Positions 1 through 15,524 of a stretch of DNA of 64,000 bases are shown piece after piece. Origin of the DNA: the human T2T-CHM13v2.0 reference genome, Homo sapiens; assembly GCF_009914755.1 (NCBI RefSeq), contig NC_060926.1; one strand, written 5' to 3'. The position numbers and the translations under genes are program-made. The first letter of the stretch is position 1, and the number at the start of each line of letters is the position of its first letter. Below the pieces are notes generated by a model. It was not told the DNA's origin, made no database searches, and was given only the letters and a program-made list of their open reading frames with translations.

Positions 1-609
1 GTTATGAGATGTGAGTAGAGAATGGAATGGGTTATGTTGGAGATATTGCATAAGTAACCTCAGTAGGACTAGGACTTGGAAAATGATTTCAAGTTAGAAG
101 TGTCAAAGGGTGCTTTCTGCTTTAAATCTGAGCATACAGGGGATTACATATTCTAACAGAAATGATATATTCTTACTCCTTTCTGACTTTGAAGAGAAAG
201 TAGAATGTTCAGCAATGCATCGGGAAAAAATGGGTTGGAAGTGGGAAGTAAATGTCAGTGGCGGAAATTTTGGAGTCCTAGAGGTGATGGTTAAAACTGG
301 GGACAGAATAGATTGCTATGAAGACTTTGCAGAAAGATGAGAAGGAGCAAAAAAATTAAGAGAAGAATATCTACAATGCTGGACACATATTACGTGCTCA
401 ACAATTATATTTTAAAATTAAATATGAGGGACAGGTAGAGGAAAATGGGCAAGGGAAAGTGAAATAAAAAGAGGACTCTAAATGCCATGTGGCTAAAGAG
501 AACAATCCAATGTGAGAATTCATAAGAAAATATTAAAAGGAGAGGAAATGCAGCAGGGTTAAGTGTTGCAGAGAAAGAAGCCGAGGTGCAGTACTAGTAG
601 TGAAAAGTG

Positions 610-775
610 TCATTCATTAAGCTTCTACTGTGTTCTAGGCACTCTTTGTACATTCTACCAGTTATTACTATCATATCTATTCTACAGATCAGAAAGCGAT
701 AATGTAGAGAGGTTTAGTAACTTATCTGCACTCATGCAGTTACTGAATGGCAGAGTAGGACTCAAAACACAGAAG
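610..775 (-). mobile_element. MIR SINE fragment within L2-like sequence
   Basis: MIR core-like gagaggtttagtaacttatctgcactcatgcagttactgaatggcagagtaggactcaa; boundaries approximate. Confidence 0.55.
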
Positions 776-1099
776 AGCATAAACTAAGAAATCTTTCCTG
801 GTGACCATCGAAACAGCCATTTCCATCAAGGGAAGCCATTGGATGTTAGATTGCAAGGGGTGGAGGAATTAGTGAGACATAAGACATCGAGGTACTTATA
901 TAAGGTGATTTAATGAAATGAAGAAGGAAGACAGGGAAAAGGTAATAAAATCAAAGAAGTGTTTTTCAGGTTATTGGACTAAATATAGTTATATAGAGAA
1001 AGAAAAATTAGTGTGGAGAAAGAAATAGAAGACCAAACAAGAAAAGTGACTAAGCTCCCACAAGGATTAGGAGGCCACAGGATCAATATCTAAAGAAGG

Positions 1100-1412
1100 G
1101 TTTGGGGGCGCTGGCTCACACCTCTAATCCCAGCACTTTGGGAAGCCGAGGTGGGTGAATCACTTGAAGTAAGGAGTTCGAGAACAGCCTGGCCAACATG
1201 GTGAAAACGCATCTCTACTAAAAAGAAAAAAAAAATTTAGTCAGGTGTGGTGATGCATGCCTATAATCCCAGCTACTCAGGAGGCTGAGGCAGATATTGC
1301 TTGAACCTGGGGGTTGGAGGTTGCAGTGAGGTGAGGTCGCACCACTGCACTCCTACCTGGGCAACAGAGCAAGACTTTGTCTCAAAAATAAATAAATAAA
1401 TAAATAAATAAA
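1100..1412 (+). mobile_element. AluS element
   Basis: Dimeric Alu with (TAAA)n tail; imperfect TSD atctaaa(g/a)aaggg. Confidence 0.9.
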
Positions 1413-1530
1413 ATAAATCTAAAAAAGGGCCCTCCTGGACAAAAAGGAGAATTGTTTATTCTTCTTTATAGACAGGACTGAAGGGAAACAACTAGAGTAG
1501 GCATACAACAAAAGGTTTAAAACTGTCAGC

Positions 1531-1775
<245 letters not shown>

Positions 1776-2809
1776 TCACTGGGAGGAATCAAGGAAAAAT
1801 ATAGGAGGCTCATAAAAAGAAAAATGCAAAATATTTTATTAGCTTTCTGGCACATAAACAATGAACAGCTTGCCATATTATTTTCATCAGAAATAATCAG
1901 AAGTATTCCATAGGGCTGGTTCCAGAAAGAAAAAAAGGGATGTGTTCAGAAATATTTCATATATAACCCATCATATAATTCTAACAAAATCACTGTACCA
2001 TTATAGGATATTTTTGGTTCTAATAATCCAGATTGGTTTTCCACAATGATTAAATTCATCATTTTATTCTGTATTCACTGATACAACAATAGGGGAAAGA
2101 AAACAAAACAATCCAAAAATAGACAAGAATAATGTTTTGCCATTCACAGAAGCCCATAGAGAATTTTCATTACATAGCAGATCAGAACAGAGTATGATGC
2201 CACTGTTAAAGTTAAATCCACATGTGTGCCAGTCAGTTCTCTATGCCAGTCAGTTCTGTTACATTCTTCTGCTAAAAGATCACTTGTCATTAACTAATAA
2301 CACTACTCTGGAACTTGATTTCAAAATGTATGTTGCTTATTCCAGTGGAATCTAGAGGGGAAGGTAGATGAGTCAGCACCAAACTATCACAACTCTTAGA
2401 AAGGTAGTCAAAGAAAGGTAGTCAATTAAAAAAGGACACAGTAAAAGTTGTGATACCTTCTCAGTCATTCTTCCTAGCCACTTTTCCCCATACTTAGAGA
2501 CAAACAATGACAATAGTTTCTTGTGAATGAAAACAGAAATGTTTTTATTATAGAAAGAATATACTTTTATTTTCTTTTCACCACTTAAACAATATTACAT
2601 GCTATGCCCACTCTTGCACTCCTGCACTTTTCACTCAACATGTAATCACAGAGAAGTGTACATGTCAGTGCATTATAATGACTTCCAAATCTGCAAGGCA
2701 TTCTACTATACAGAAATATCATGTTTGCACCTAAGTGTCCTATTCTGGCCTATTTAGGTTGTTTGGGACCTTTAACTATTAAAAGCAATTTAATGGCAAA
2801 TGAACATTT

Positions 2810-3755
2810 GAAAATATACTCAAAATAATATGTCATTAGGAAAATGCAAATTAAAACAATAATGAGATACAACTGTATACCTATCAGAATGATGAAAATC
2901 TGGAACAGTAACAACACTAAAGGTGTTCAAGGATATAGAGCAGCAGAAATTTTCATTCATCTCAAGTGAATGAATACAAAATGGTACAGCCACTTTGAAA
3001 GACAGTGCAGCCATTGCTTACAAATACTGAACATACTCTGACCCTACTATCCTGTAAATGGACTCCCTGGTCTTTACCCAAATGAATTGACAACTTATGT
3101 CCACCCAAAAGCCTGCATGTAGATATTTACAACAGCTTTATTCATAATTGCCAGAACTTGGAAACAACAAAGATGTCCTTCAGTGGGTAAACAGATTAAA
3201 AAATTGTGGCACAATGGAATATTATTCAAAGCTTAAAGATTTCAACTACCAACCCGTGAAAAGGCATGAAGGAAACTCAAATGCATATTACAAGGTGAAA
3301 GAAGTCAATATGGCAAGTCTACATATGATGTGATTTCAGTGACATGACACTCTGGAAAAGGCAAAACCATAGAGACAGTAAAAAGATCAGTAGCTTCCAG
3401 GAGCTAAGGGGGAGGGAAGAATAAACAGGCAGGGTACGAAAGATTTTTAGAGCAGTGAAATTATTCTCCTTGATACTATAATGATGGATACATGTCATCA
3501 TATATTTGTCAAGACCCATAGAATATACAACATCTAAATAAAGTAAACCGTCATGTAAACCATAGACTTTGGATGAGAAAGATGTGTCACTATAGGTGCA
3601 TTGATTATAACAAATGTACCACTTTGGTGCAGTATATTGACAGTAAAGAAAGCTGTGCATGTGAGGGCGGTGGGAGTATACAGGAAGTCTCTGTACTTTC
3701 TGCTTAATTTTGCTGTGAACCTAAAATTTGTCTAAAATATAAAGTCTATTTTTTT
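2810..3755 (+). mobile_element. Old L1 (L1MC/L1MB-like) ORF2 end and 3' UTR
   Basis: gaaaatgcaaattaaaacaataatgagatac ORF2 C-terminal motif through ...tgctgtgaacctaaaa...taaagtctatttttt 3' end. Confidence 0.75.
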
Positions 3756-3906
3756 AGAAGTCATAAACATTTTGATATATATTACCCATTTTATTCAGTT
3801 CTAAATATTTAAATATATGTATGATTTCTTAGTTAATCCAGATTATTTTGAAGTATGATCCTAGTTTCCAAATACATTTTTAAAAATCATTCTGCTGTAG
3901 ATTTCT

Positions 3907-3910
<4 letters not shown>

Positions 3911-3942
<32 letters not shown>
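3911..3942. repeat. (TG)n microsatellite
   Basis: Perfect TG run. Confidence 0.95.
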
Positions 3943-3947
<5 letters not shown>

Positions 3948-4377
3948 AATGCTTTTTGTAAATTGCCAATTATTTGAAATACTTTTAAGACTTCTTTGGA
4001 ACCTAACATATGGTCAAATTTGAAAGAGTTTTCTATAACTTTGGTGTACATGGAAGAGTATATATGTATTGGTTTAAGTTTATTAAACACATTTAATAAA
4101 GCTTTAAATAAATATCTTTGTACATCTCACTCCTCAAATGCATGAATATATCTGTGTGATAAATTCCTAGAGGTGGAATTGTGGGTAAAATTGGAGACAC
4201 ATTGTAAACATTGAAATATATTGCTTTCCATAGAGGTTCACCAATCTCCCTGAAAGCAAAGTGTCTGCTTCCTGTACTCTCACCAGCATGGGTATTACTG
4301 GGCTTGTTTATTATCAATCAACTGATGTCGAAAGAATGCAATCCCACTGTGGTTTTGAACCACATTTTTCTTATAGG

Positions 4378-4658
4378 TGTTATAGACCGAATGTTTGTGT
4401 CCAGACCAAATTCATGTTGAAATCCTAATCCCCAGTGTGATGGTATTGGGAGGTTTGGGAGGTAATCAGTTACGAGAGTAGAGTTGGCATATCATAAGAA
4501 GATTGCCATCTGCAAACCAGGAAGAGTGCCTCAGACACACACCAGGTTTCCCAGTTCTTGATCTTGGACTTCTCAGTCTCTAGAACTGTGAGAAATAAAT
4601 GTTTGTTGTTTAAACAACCCAGTTTATGATAATTTGTTACAGCAGCCTGAACTAAGAT
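4378..4658 (+). mobile_element. MLT1A-like MaLR solo LTR (internally deleted)
   Basis: tgttatagaccgaatgtttgtgtcc...aattcatgttgaaatcctaatcccca at the start; agaactgtgagaaataaatgtttgttgtttaa...gcagcctgaactaaga at the end. Confidence 0.75.
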
Positions 4659-7600
4659 AGTCTCATTTTCCACCTTTTCCTATTGCAACTATTCTGCTTG
4701 TCATATCTGTACTGAATTCTTAGTCATTTTGGGAGTAATATTTTTTCTTTTTCTTTTCGAGGGTCTCAACATACTTATTGTAAACTTATTTTTCAGACAT
4801 ATAGCTTATTTTCATTTAGTCATGAATAATTTATTTTGTAATGACTGATTTTGATGAGAAAGTTTTCTTCACATATGTTAAAATTCTGGTTTGTAATCTC
4901 ATCTTGGATCACAACCTTCATTTTCCTCTCTGACTTTATGAGTTTACTTGTGCCTATCTACAAGCATTGCTGCTTGGACTTTGGCCCACTCCATTATTTC
5001 CAGCAATCTTGGTTCAGAAATACAACTTATATTTTTTGTGTGAGATTCTATCCTAAAACAATATTGGATTTTATCAGATTCAATCTCCAAGCCAGACAGA
5101 AGTTCAGCTCAATTGCAGTGCCTGTGTCCTCCCATCTCTTTAGGCACATGACTTCATTCAAGTAACTACCACTGGCAGCAACTAGCAGTGATATGTATAG
5201 TTTTTCAACTCTCCTTTCAAAAGCAAATGGAATTTCTTTCCAGGTTCTGATTTCCAGTAATGCCTGCCTCCAGATCCCAGCTTCACGTGGGACAGCTTTA
5301 TTTCTATTGACCCTAAGATCTGAGCACCCATTCATTTCTGCTAGCCTACATACCCAACTCAGTAAGGTACTCAGCTTTAGCTCAGCACACCACTTGATAC
5401 TGTGCTATATTTCTGTTACTCAGAGATACATATTTTTTGTTCATCAGGCAGTATCTCCTTTATTTTATCCTGTTATATTTTATCATCACTTCTGTGTGTT
5501 GAGAAGTGAAAACAGAGAAGCAGAAACTTCAGAGTGTAAACTTGAAGTCTCACCTTCACATGAATTCCTTTTTTATTGTTTTAATGACATTAGAATACTT
5601 GCGTGAATACACAACCATTTATTACCATCCCTATTGATAAGCAATATATTGTTTCTAATTTTTTACTATTAAAAATAAAATGACTCATTGAATATATTTG
5701 TGCATATATAACCTTATACAATCCTACTTTTCTTTACACGAATTTCTACAAGTAGGACAGAAGGATTAAATTTACATTCCTACAAATAGCTGGAGGGCCT
5801 ATTTTCCCGGTACCTTGCGATCACTATGAAGAAAGCCATTTCTGAGTTTCTTTTCCACGACAGAGTGACTGAAAATTCACTTCCCTTTTCCCCACTTATA
5901 ATACAACTGCTATTTGTTAGTCTGGAGTGTAAGAGAACAGATGCGGCACAATGCACTTCTTGGTCAAAAATAGGTCCTTTGAGATTAGAAGTTCTTAAGT
6001 CCTGACTGTTATATTGTACTTGAAGTTAGCTCTCATTCTCATATAATAGGAATTTAAAAACCTACTGTGCCTACTTTTTGAACACCAATAGATGACAATT
6101 TATGTATAAGAAAGCTATTCTAATTACCATATATAAATTAATTAGCCTGAAACTTTTCAATGTTCAGCTAACATTTTAAAAAACTTTGAAAATAATCATG
6201 AACTTTGGATTAAACATTGTGGGTAGTTTAAAGGTCTTATAGCTTGTAAAACTGAGAATTTAAAGTAAATGAAAAAATATCAAAAGGTTTGTAGATGAAT
6301 ACATATTTTAAATCATTGCTTATATTTGTGGTTCATTTTAATGACTGCAATGTTCATTGAAGTCTGTCATAAATGTGACTTTGTAATTGTGCAACTCTTC
6401 TGAAGTTGAATAAATTGTGGTTTACTATATCCAAAACACAGATCAGATTAGAAGCAGATGGATAAATTATTACCTTTCACTTTTTCCTTTTAAAGTGAAA
6501 CATATGTTTTATCACAGATTTTTTTTACATTAATCTTTTGCTTACCTAAAAACTATTTGGTAGAAACATCGGATGTTTAATTAAAAGCATTATTAAATCG
6601 ATAATCCAAATCTCAAGTCAACACATATAAAAGTGTTCCAGAAAATTCAGTTCTCTAAAGATAGCCAGCTTTCCTCATCATACTTCAGATTTATTTTGAT
6701 GTTGAACCATATTCACAGGAAGTTGTTTTATAAGTGTTCATTGCAAAATATCAATACACATTTTAAAATAAATTACAAGCACTTAGAATATTCTGTTAAA
6801 TTTACTTAATCGTACTATTTATTATTTACATGCTTTGTCTGCAAATTTTTTTTCTCAACTGAAAGTTCAAACTAGTTTTTATTAATACATAGCTTTGAGA
6901 ATTTACATTACTGTGAATCTCCTTATAATTTATTTCTGTATAGAGAAATTGCAGCCTGGTTTTATGTTTCGCATCTCAATTTGCTTTAACAGCATATTCA
7001 AGTAATTGAAACTCAGGATTTTCCATATTGGTTTATATTTTGTTTTAACCAAGCTTTGCCAGTTTCTTTTTCATATATGTTTTAAAAACTGTTACCTGCT
7101 GTATTTTAAGTTAATACAATCAGGAAAATGCCAGAAGTTATATGGAGAAAATATACACAATATATGCTTTGAAGTATGTTAACTCGAGTCAAATAATTGG
7201 CTCTTTGGCATTAGAATTCCCCTATTAAATGAAATCTATTTATGCCATCAATAATTCATTCATTTTACAATAATTCGTCTGCTAATTTTCAATTAATACA
7301 TGTTCCAAAAAGACCATTTCTAAACTTAAAATCACATTTTTCTAACAAATAACCCTAAAATTATGACTCTTTATGTAACAATTGAAGAGAGTCACATAAT
7401 TGTGAAAAATATTGTTGGAAAAAAATGTTTTGGAAACACAATTTCCTTGCTAGGAAAAGGCTTCAGGAGTATGTATTTATCTATACCTATGTTAGCTTGC
7501 ATTTATTTTTCTTTTTTCTTATTGGAATATTTAACTGTAACCAAGAGGCATGTTTAAGAAAAGAAAGACAGTGCTTTTTTATACCTTTAAATGTACATCA

Positions 7601-8003
7601 GCCCCCGTGGCTTTCACAGTGTTTTCTTACACTTTTACAACTTCTTATTTGTACTTTTTGTTAGAATATGTAATTATAGGGAGCAAAAGAAATCACTAAG
7701 AGCTCATGATTAAGCAATTGAAAAACAATTTCACATCAAAGAGAGATTGCAGAGATGTTATCATGACATCTACAGAAAATTATTTCCATGGATTATTGGG
7801 AGGATGATACCAACCATTTCACAAATTAAACCACAATAGCTCATCGTAATCTACTTTTCTCTAAACTTCAACACATCATCTGGCATAAAGCGGGAAGAAA
7901 ATAAGTTTATCATTTCAACTGGTACCCAGTATATGTAATAAAATATAGTAGAATATAAGACATTCTATTACTATAACTTTTCCATTTTGGTTTCCTATTT
8001 GTA

Positions 8004-8047
8004 TACACACACACACACACGCACACACGCACACACACGCACACACA
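8004..8047. repeat. (CA)n microsatellite, imperfect
   Basis: CA run with CG interruptions. Confidence 0.9.
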
Positions 8048-8682
8048 TGAAACCAAAATGGAACAGTCATAGTAATAGGGTATATTTATATAACACAATA
8101 ACAGCCCCAATGACCCTCAAATCAAAGCTTTAAATGGCAGTCAGCATCCTCCTCATAATAGAAATAAGCAATAGTACAGTAACATTTAGGAAATTAGTTG
8201 AAAATAAATACATATAATTCTATCTTTCTTTTCTAAGTCATCTTCATTTAAATTTTAGGGTGAGGCCTTATCTACGGAAAGAGAAATGCTGCCAGCTGGT
8301 TTGGCATGCTTATCTCTCTCGATTCTGAATTTCCAGATTCTGTATTCCAGATTGCCTGGTTTAAAAATCCCAAATCTCAGAAATAAATAAACAAATAAAT
8401 TAATTAATTAATTAAATTAAATCCTAAGTCTGACATGTTGGCTCTGTGAGCGTAAGCAAGTTAAAAACTTCTCCTTGCCTCATGAATCCAATGCGGAGAA
8501 CATTCATAGAATTATGCTAGCCCCATTGATAGTTCTCCCTAAATGTTAACTACTATTATTATACATGAGCACATCTGCCAAAAATATAAGATTACTTTTT
8601 ACAAAGGTGAGATACAGATTCAGCCTGAGCCAAAAGGACTCCACACTCAGGGAGACCCAATAGAAGCCAAAAGCAATGTTCA

Positions 8683-8871
<189 letters not shown>

Positions 8872-10744
8872 TTAATTTGAAATGAGGAAGAGAGAAGCAG
8901 AGGGGGGCAAGACAGGAGAGAAATTATGATTTTACTTGTTGGTAGTTTTTATTTCACATTTTTTTCTTTCTTCAGGCATTATTATAATGCTAGAGAGAAT
9001 ACATTTTTACTTTAGATGGTTAATAAGTATAAATATACTCTAGTATTTTCTAATTCATTTAAATAACATTAATAGTCCGATAAAATGATGTTTCTTGCCT
9101 CCCCTAAAATTTCTGAAAGTACTATGTACATTAGAAAAGAAGAAGTAAGATAATTTGCGGATATTCTGTTGTGGTTTGTACTCATGCCTAAAGGATGAAA
9201 TCTTTAAAGGCTTTTCTCTAAGACACATAAATTAGGTTATACATTCTAATCTTAATGATAAGACCTTGACTTATTCTCTTATCTTTCTCTGGGTAATTTC
9301 TTTCAAATTATTAAGAAGCAAATAACCAAAAACTAGTAAGTACTTTCTAACAAAATCTTTGAAGAATAGCATTCAAAAATTTGAGAAATAGATACAAAAA
9401 AACAGGTAATAAATGTAACTTCTGGACAAAGGATTTCAATTCTAGAATCAGAATAGACACTTAAATATAAGAATTGAAATACTAGACATTCAAATTTATC
9501 AATTAATAATTCATAACAATGACCAGGTAACATTATTGCCCCAAATCTGATGATTAAAAATATAGGATAAATTCTGCAGGTAAACATAAATAAAAGTAAG
9601 AAAATATAAATGTTGGGATACAGATGTTTGGCAGTTTAACAATTGAATTACATGACTAATCTGCAGCTTATTAAAATTTGTTTTAAGATCTAATGAGATA
9701 TATTAATCTGTATTTCCAAATATTACAGTAAATAGATATTTTAGTAGATATTTTTAGACCAAAGTTTTAATGTAACAAATTTATTGTGTATCTTGCATAG
9801 CTCTATCTAGCAATTAATGTATAAGCTACCTATAGCAGCAATTGATATATATAATTATGATTAATTTGAAGCAGGTTCAAGTGAATTTCTCATTATTTAT
9901 TACACTGGTTTGGTAGATATCTATGGTTATAAATTAAGGTTAATCTAATGTCAAAGTTCCTAATAACAGTGATATCACCAAAGCAGTCACTTACTCTTTT
10001 GAGACCTCTATTTGTTCAGTGAGAATGCATCAACAGGGTTGATGTGAGAATTAAATTAGATATCTATAAAGGATTAATTCAACTACAAAGTTTTGTTGCT
10101 GTTATTTTCTATAATATAAATGGTTTAGTTCTTTATTTTTTCTTTATTTAAAGACGTTCAGCAATTATAATCTGTCAGGTGATACAATATTATAAAGATG
10201 TTCAAGATGGACTTGACCATACATCCTAAATATTGCTTGTGCAGTAATGCTGAACTAATAAATAACCAAGGAGAAACAACCCTGTGGAAGCAAGGGTAAA
10301 GAAGTTCCATTGGTCAAAAACATGAATTGTAATAGAAAACCACTAGGACTAATTTTCAAAAGTGACCACTGCTAAGAACACATGCAATAATAAAGCATTG
10401 AGTTTTGGCTTTCTTTAAATCCCCTCCAAAATCAAAAACTTTATTTTTCTAGTATTCTAGCTATCTAATTCATTCTCACTTTGAACATACCATCTTTATG
10501 GTTAGATAAAATACTTGGTTTGCACACACACAATCAATCACACACAATTAATAAAGATGGTAAAGTCTGTGCACAAGGGGGAGATATATATAAAATGTGA
10601 TATAGCAATTTCCCACCATATTTATTTAGTGTCTGCAGAGTGCTCTATATAGAAATATATTCAATGATTCAAACAAATGTATTTAGAAAATATCTGGAAA
10701 AAGAAAACAAGAAATAGGAATGCAACAATAAAAAGAAAAATCAG

Positions 10745-10951
10745 TCAACAATATAGTATAACTATATCATATTTACATTGTATTAGGTATTATACATAAT
10801 ACAGAGATGATTTAAAGTATATTATGGGAGGATGTGCATAGGTTATATGCAAGCACTACATCATTTCATATAAGAAACTTGAGCATTCTTGAATTTTGAT
10901 ATCTTCAGGGTCCTGAAACCAATCCCCAGTGTATATGGAGGAATGACTGTA
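10745..10951 (-). mobile_element. MER2 (TcMar-Tigger) fragment
   Basis: Reverse complement resembles MER2 (cagtc...ggggattggttccaggaccc...ttgcatataacctatgcacatcctccc...ctttaaatcatctc). Confidence 0.75.
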
Positions 10952-11979
10952 TGACATAGCTACTACAGTTGTAAAGAATTATTTTGGGACTGGTTTCATA
11001 AACAAGATATTGTGAAGTCTTTAAGCCTAGGCTATAACTTGAAACTCCTACATTAGTTCAATATTCAGGAAGAAGAAAAGAGACAACTCAGATAGACCTC
11101 CAAGGCCCAATCAGCTCTGTGCATCACTCTGTGGTGAAGAGCCCAGCTTCCATGCAGCAATGAAAGGGCTTTTTTTCTTCTTTCCTTCTACTTAACTTTC
11201 GTTGAAAACAAAACAAAACATACCTTGGCTCATCTGACTTTTATAGCCTGTAGTATGAGCTCAACCAATAACATTTAAAAATCGTATTTCAGGTAATTGT
11301 CAGAGATTTCAAATATTTAATAAAGAATGGAAGGTGTAATCTATTGATTTTTCCACATTCTCCAAAATAAGAATCAAAGACTGGCAGCTCATATATTGAA
11401 ACTGTTCCTCAGTATGTTTGACGAACACACTATTGGTCTTTTAAAAATCTGAGAATTTCCAATAAAAACCTAGATTCTCTAGTACTTTGAAAATTAGGGA
11501 GCGTCTTGGGCTGGCATCCTTGCAAAGTTGACAGCTACTACCTGCTTTATATGGGGCCAAACTCAATTACATTAGCACCTTCCTTTTATAAAGATCAAAG
11601 CAGAATCTTTGAGGAGAGAGAGTATACTGTTATTGTCTAAGGTTTTTTCCATTTGCTTTGTTTGCTATTGTTTATTTATTTGTGTTTCATAAGTGAATCC
11701 ACTCATTTGTTTTCTTATTCTAAATAAATATTTACCTTATAAACTTAAATACAAATGTTATATTTACCTGGAGATTTTCTTTTTTTTTTTTTTTTCTTCT
11801 TAAGCTACCCATGTCTGAACCTCTGTATGCTGGCATAACATCTACTAAGGGTCACCATAAACAACTGCATTATAATAACATAAAACAAGAGTATAGTCCG
11901 AAGAAGAAAATATAATATTGTGAACTTTCAAACCTAAAGAGGATAACGATTCTCTAATAATGCACATACACATCATTAA

Positions 11980-12363
<384 letters not shown>

Positions 12364-12745
12364 TAATGTCCATGATTTTTAGGACTCATTTGACTTTAAA
12401 AAAATACCTAGGATTGGGTCTATATATTCGGGAACTTCATGAGTAGATTTTAGGGGATTTATAAAAGCTCAGAAATTATACATGATGCTTTTTATTGATG
12501 TGCGTTTTTTTCCCTGTGTCAGAAAGTTAGAGGTTTTCTTGACTCTCAAGGTGGTCTTCAAGAGGAATGCCAAGACCTCACATTTCTCTGAGTGTTTCTT
12601 TATCTCCCATCCTGTGTAACTTGCATTGATATGGTAGCTTAGATGGCACTCCATTTTGCTTATGCTTTATATTCATTACATCAGATTGAACCCAGTGGAA
12701 AAAGGAACAACCATCAGCTCCTTTTGATTAAAAAATAAATAAATA

Positions 12746-13061
<316 letters not shown>

Positions 13062-13415
13062 TCATGTTACAGAAATGATTAATTTTCCTGCAGTTACGCA
13101 CATGATAAGTAGCAGAGATGAGATTCAAACCCACATAATTAAACTTTGGAGTCTGCTCAGTTTTATGATTGTACCATTTTTAACTTCTTGTATGGTTTTT
13201 CTCATATAAAAACTCAAGAAGAAAAATAGAATTCATTCATATAATAATCAAAAAGCATTTATAAAGTCATTAATTTTTATATTTAAATCATTGCTGTTCA
13301 GCCTGTTTGTTTTCTAATAAAATTTATCATTTATTTTATGCTATTATAAGATCATGATAAAATTTGTTCTTTTATGAAAAGTTCAATACATTACCAGTTG
13401 TGTGAGGCAGATTAG

Positions 13416-13781
<366 letters not shown>

Positions 13782-13823
13782 TAGGCACTGGGCTAGAGCA
13801 AGGAATAAGACAGAGACTTATTC

Positions 13824-13860
13824 TCAGAGTCTAGAGTGTTCACCATTACACCATGGAACC
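13824..13860 (-). pseudogene. Tailless retropseudogene of the 5' half of tRNA-Gln(CTG)
   Basis: Minus strand reads GGTTCCATGGTGTAATGGTGAACACTCTAGACTCTGA, 35/37 identical to the recalled tRNA-Gln-CTG 5' half; flanked by the 16-bp direct repeat cagagacttattctca (13811-13826, 13868-13883). Confidence 0.85.
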
Positions 13861-14024
13861 ATGTGTTCAGAGACTTATTCTCATAAAACTTGAACATGAG
13901 CAGAGAAGGGAGCATATAGGCTTTCAATAAATAATTATACAAGAAATCAACTAAATTAGTTAAGAAAGTCATAAGTGCTGTGAAGAAAACGGATCAGAGT
14001 AATATTATAGATAGTATAACAGAT

Positions 14025-14432
14025 AATAACAGACTGGTTATGCTGTGATAACAGACCAATACAAAATCGCTGCATCTTACACACATATACAACTTAATTA
14101 TGGCTCATTTTACATATCTATTGTGGATCAGTAGGTGGGCTATCCCTGTGGTGGTCATTCAAAGACCCAAGCTGATGAATAAGAGACCAACTTGAATGTT
14201 TGCAGTTGGCAGGCGAGAGGGAAATGAGGGTTCTGGATGGCCTCATATCTGATGCAAAAGGAAGATACATCATTTCTGATCACAATTCATTGACCAAACC
14301 TCATCATATAGCATAGGGCCCCATCTTATTGGTCCCAGTCAACCACAAATGTCCCAGGAAGTACAACCTTACCATGGGCCCAGAAAAGAGAATAACTAGA
14401 AATACATTGTCAATATCATTGATGACTGCCAT
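14025..14432 (-). mobile_element. Old MLT1 (J/K/L-like) LTR interrupting an L2 relic
   Basis: ggttatgctgtgataaca... and ...aggaagtacaaccttaccatg...gatgactgcca motifs; flanks (13780-14010, 14430-14900) are L2-like. Confidence 0.5.
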
Positions 14433-15477
14433 CAGGAATGACTTGGTTATAGGAAAAATATTAAAAAGGGTGATTACAGAAGGTGACACTTGAGTGAGAC
14501 CAAAATGACGAGAAAGAGCTAGCCATGAAGATGTTAGGACAAAGAACACACAGAAGGAATAGCAATTGCAAAGACCTAAAAGCAGGAAAGAGCTTAATTT
14601 TTACAGAAAAAGAAAAATATATATAATGGTAGTGAGTGAGTAAAAGGAGACCTGAGAGGTAGGTAGGGGTGACTCTTGTAGAGATTTATCAAAAATTGTG
14701 CTAAGATAAGATAAGCACAATAGGTATCTATTAGAGATTTTGAAGCAGAGAAGTGACGGTGATATAATTTAATTTACATTGCTTAAAGTTTTTGCGAGCT
14801 GTTGTGTGAAAACGGATTTTACAAGACTTGAGTAGAAGTAGAAAAAACAGATAAATGGGTTTCAGTGGAGTCCAGATGCAAAATGGGAGGCATATTTTTT
14901 GCATTTGAAAAGATTTCAGAATAGTGATTATTCAAATAAGTAGGCTATGTAGGCAGTTACAAACAATGTCTTAAATGCTCTGATAAGAGAGAATGCCAGG
15001 AGAACACACAGAGTGGAAGACTGTCCTGGACTTGGGGATTTCATACTAGGCATTTCTATGACAGAAAATTAATCAGAGTGTTCTGGGTCAGAATTAAGAG
15101 TCAGGCAGAGGAAAAAATTAAATGGAACAAAAGATTTTCTGCACAAAGCCAGCAGTATTAATAAAATTTTGTGTAATGTGTGAGCAGAAGAGGGGAGAAA
15201 GAGAAAGCTAGGTTGGTGGGCAAGGCCTAGATCTTGAAAGATCTTGTGTGTTGTGCTGAATGTCTTGGATATAACCTTATAGGCATTTGGGAACCACAGA
15301 AAGACTACAGCTAGATTCTGATGTAATCAGACTTGCAGTTTATGTAGATCACTTTGCGACTATTTAAACAATAAATAGAATAAAATCTCCAAGAACCTTC
15401 ACATTTATAAGGGTTTTATGTATATGCATCTATTTTATCTGCTTGGACACTTAAAGTTTATACCACAGTCATATAGA

Positions 15478-15478
<1 letters not shown>

Positions 15479-15519
<41 letters not shown>
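15479..15519. repeat. (CA)n microsatellite
   Basis: About 20 perfect CA units. Confidence 0.95.

Positions 15520-15524
<5 letters not shown>

Noticed and set aside
5193-5606. 137-aa plus-strand ORF
   Set aside because: Composition is typical of antisense ancient L1 or AT-rich sequence, with no recognisable domain.
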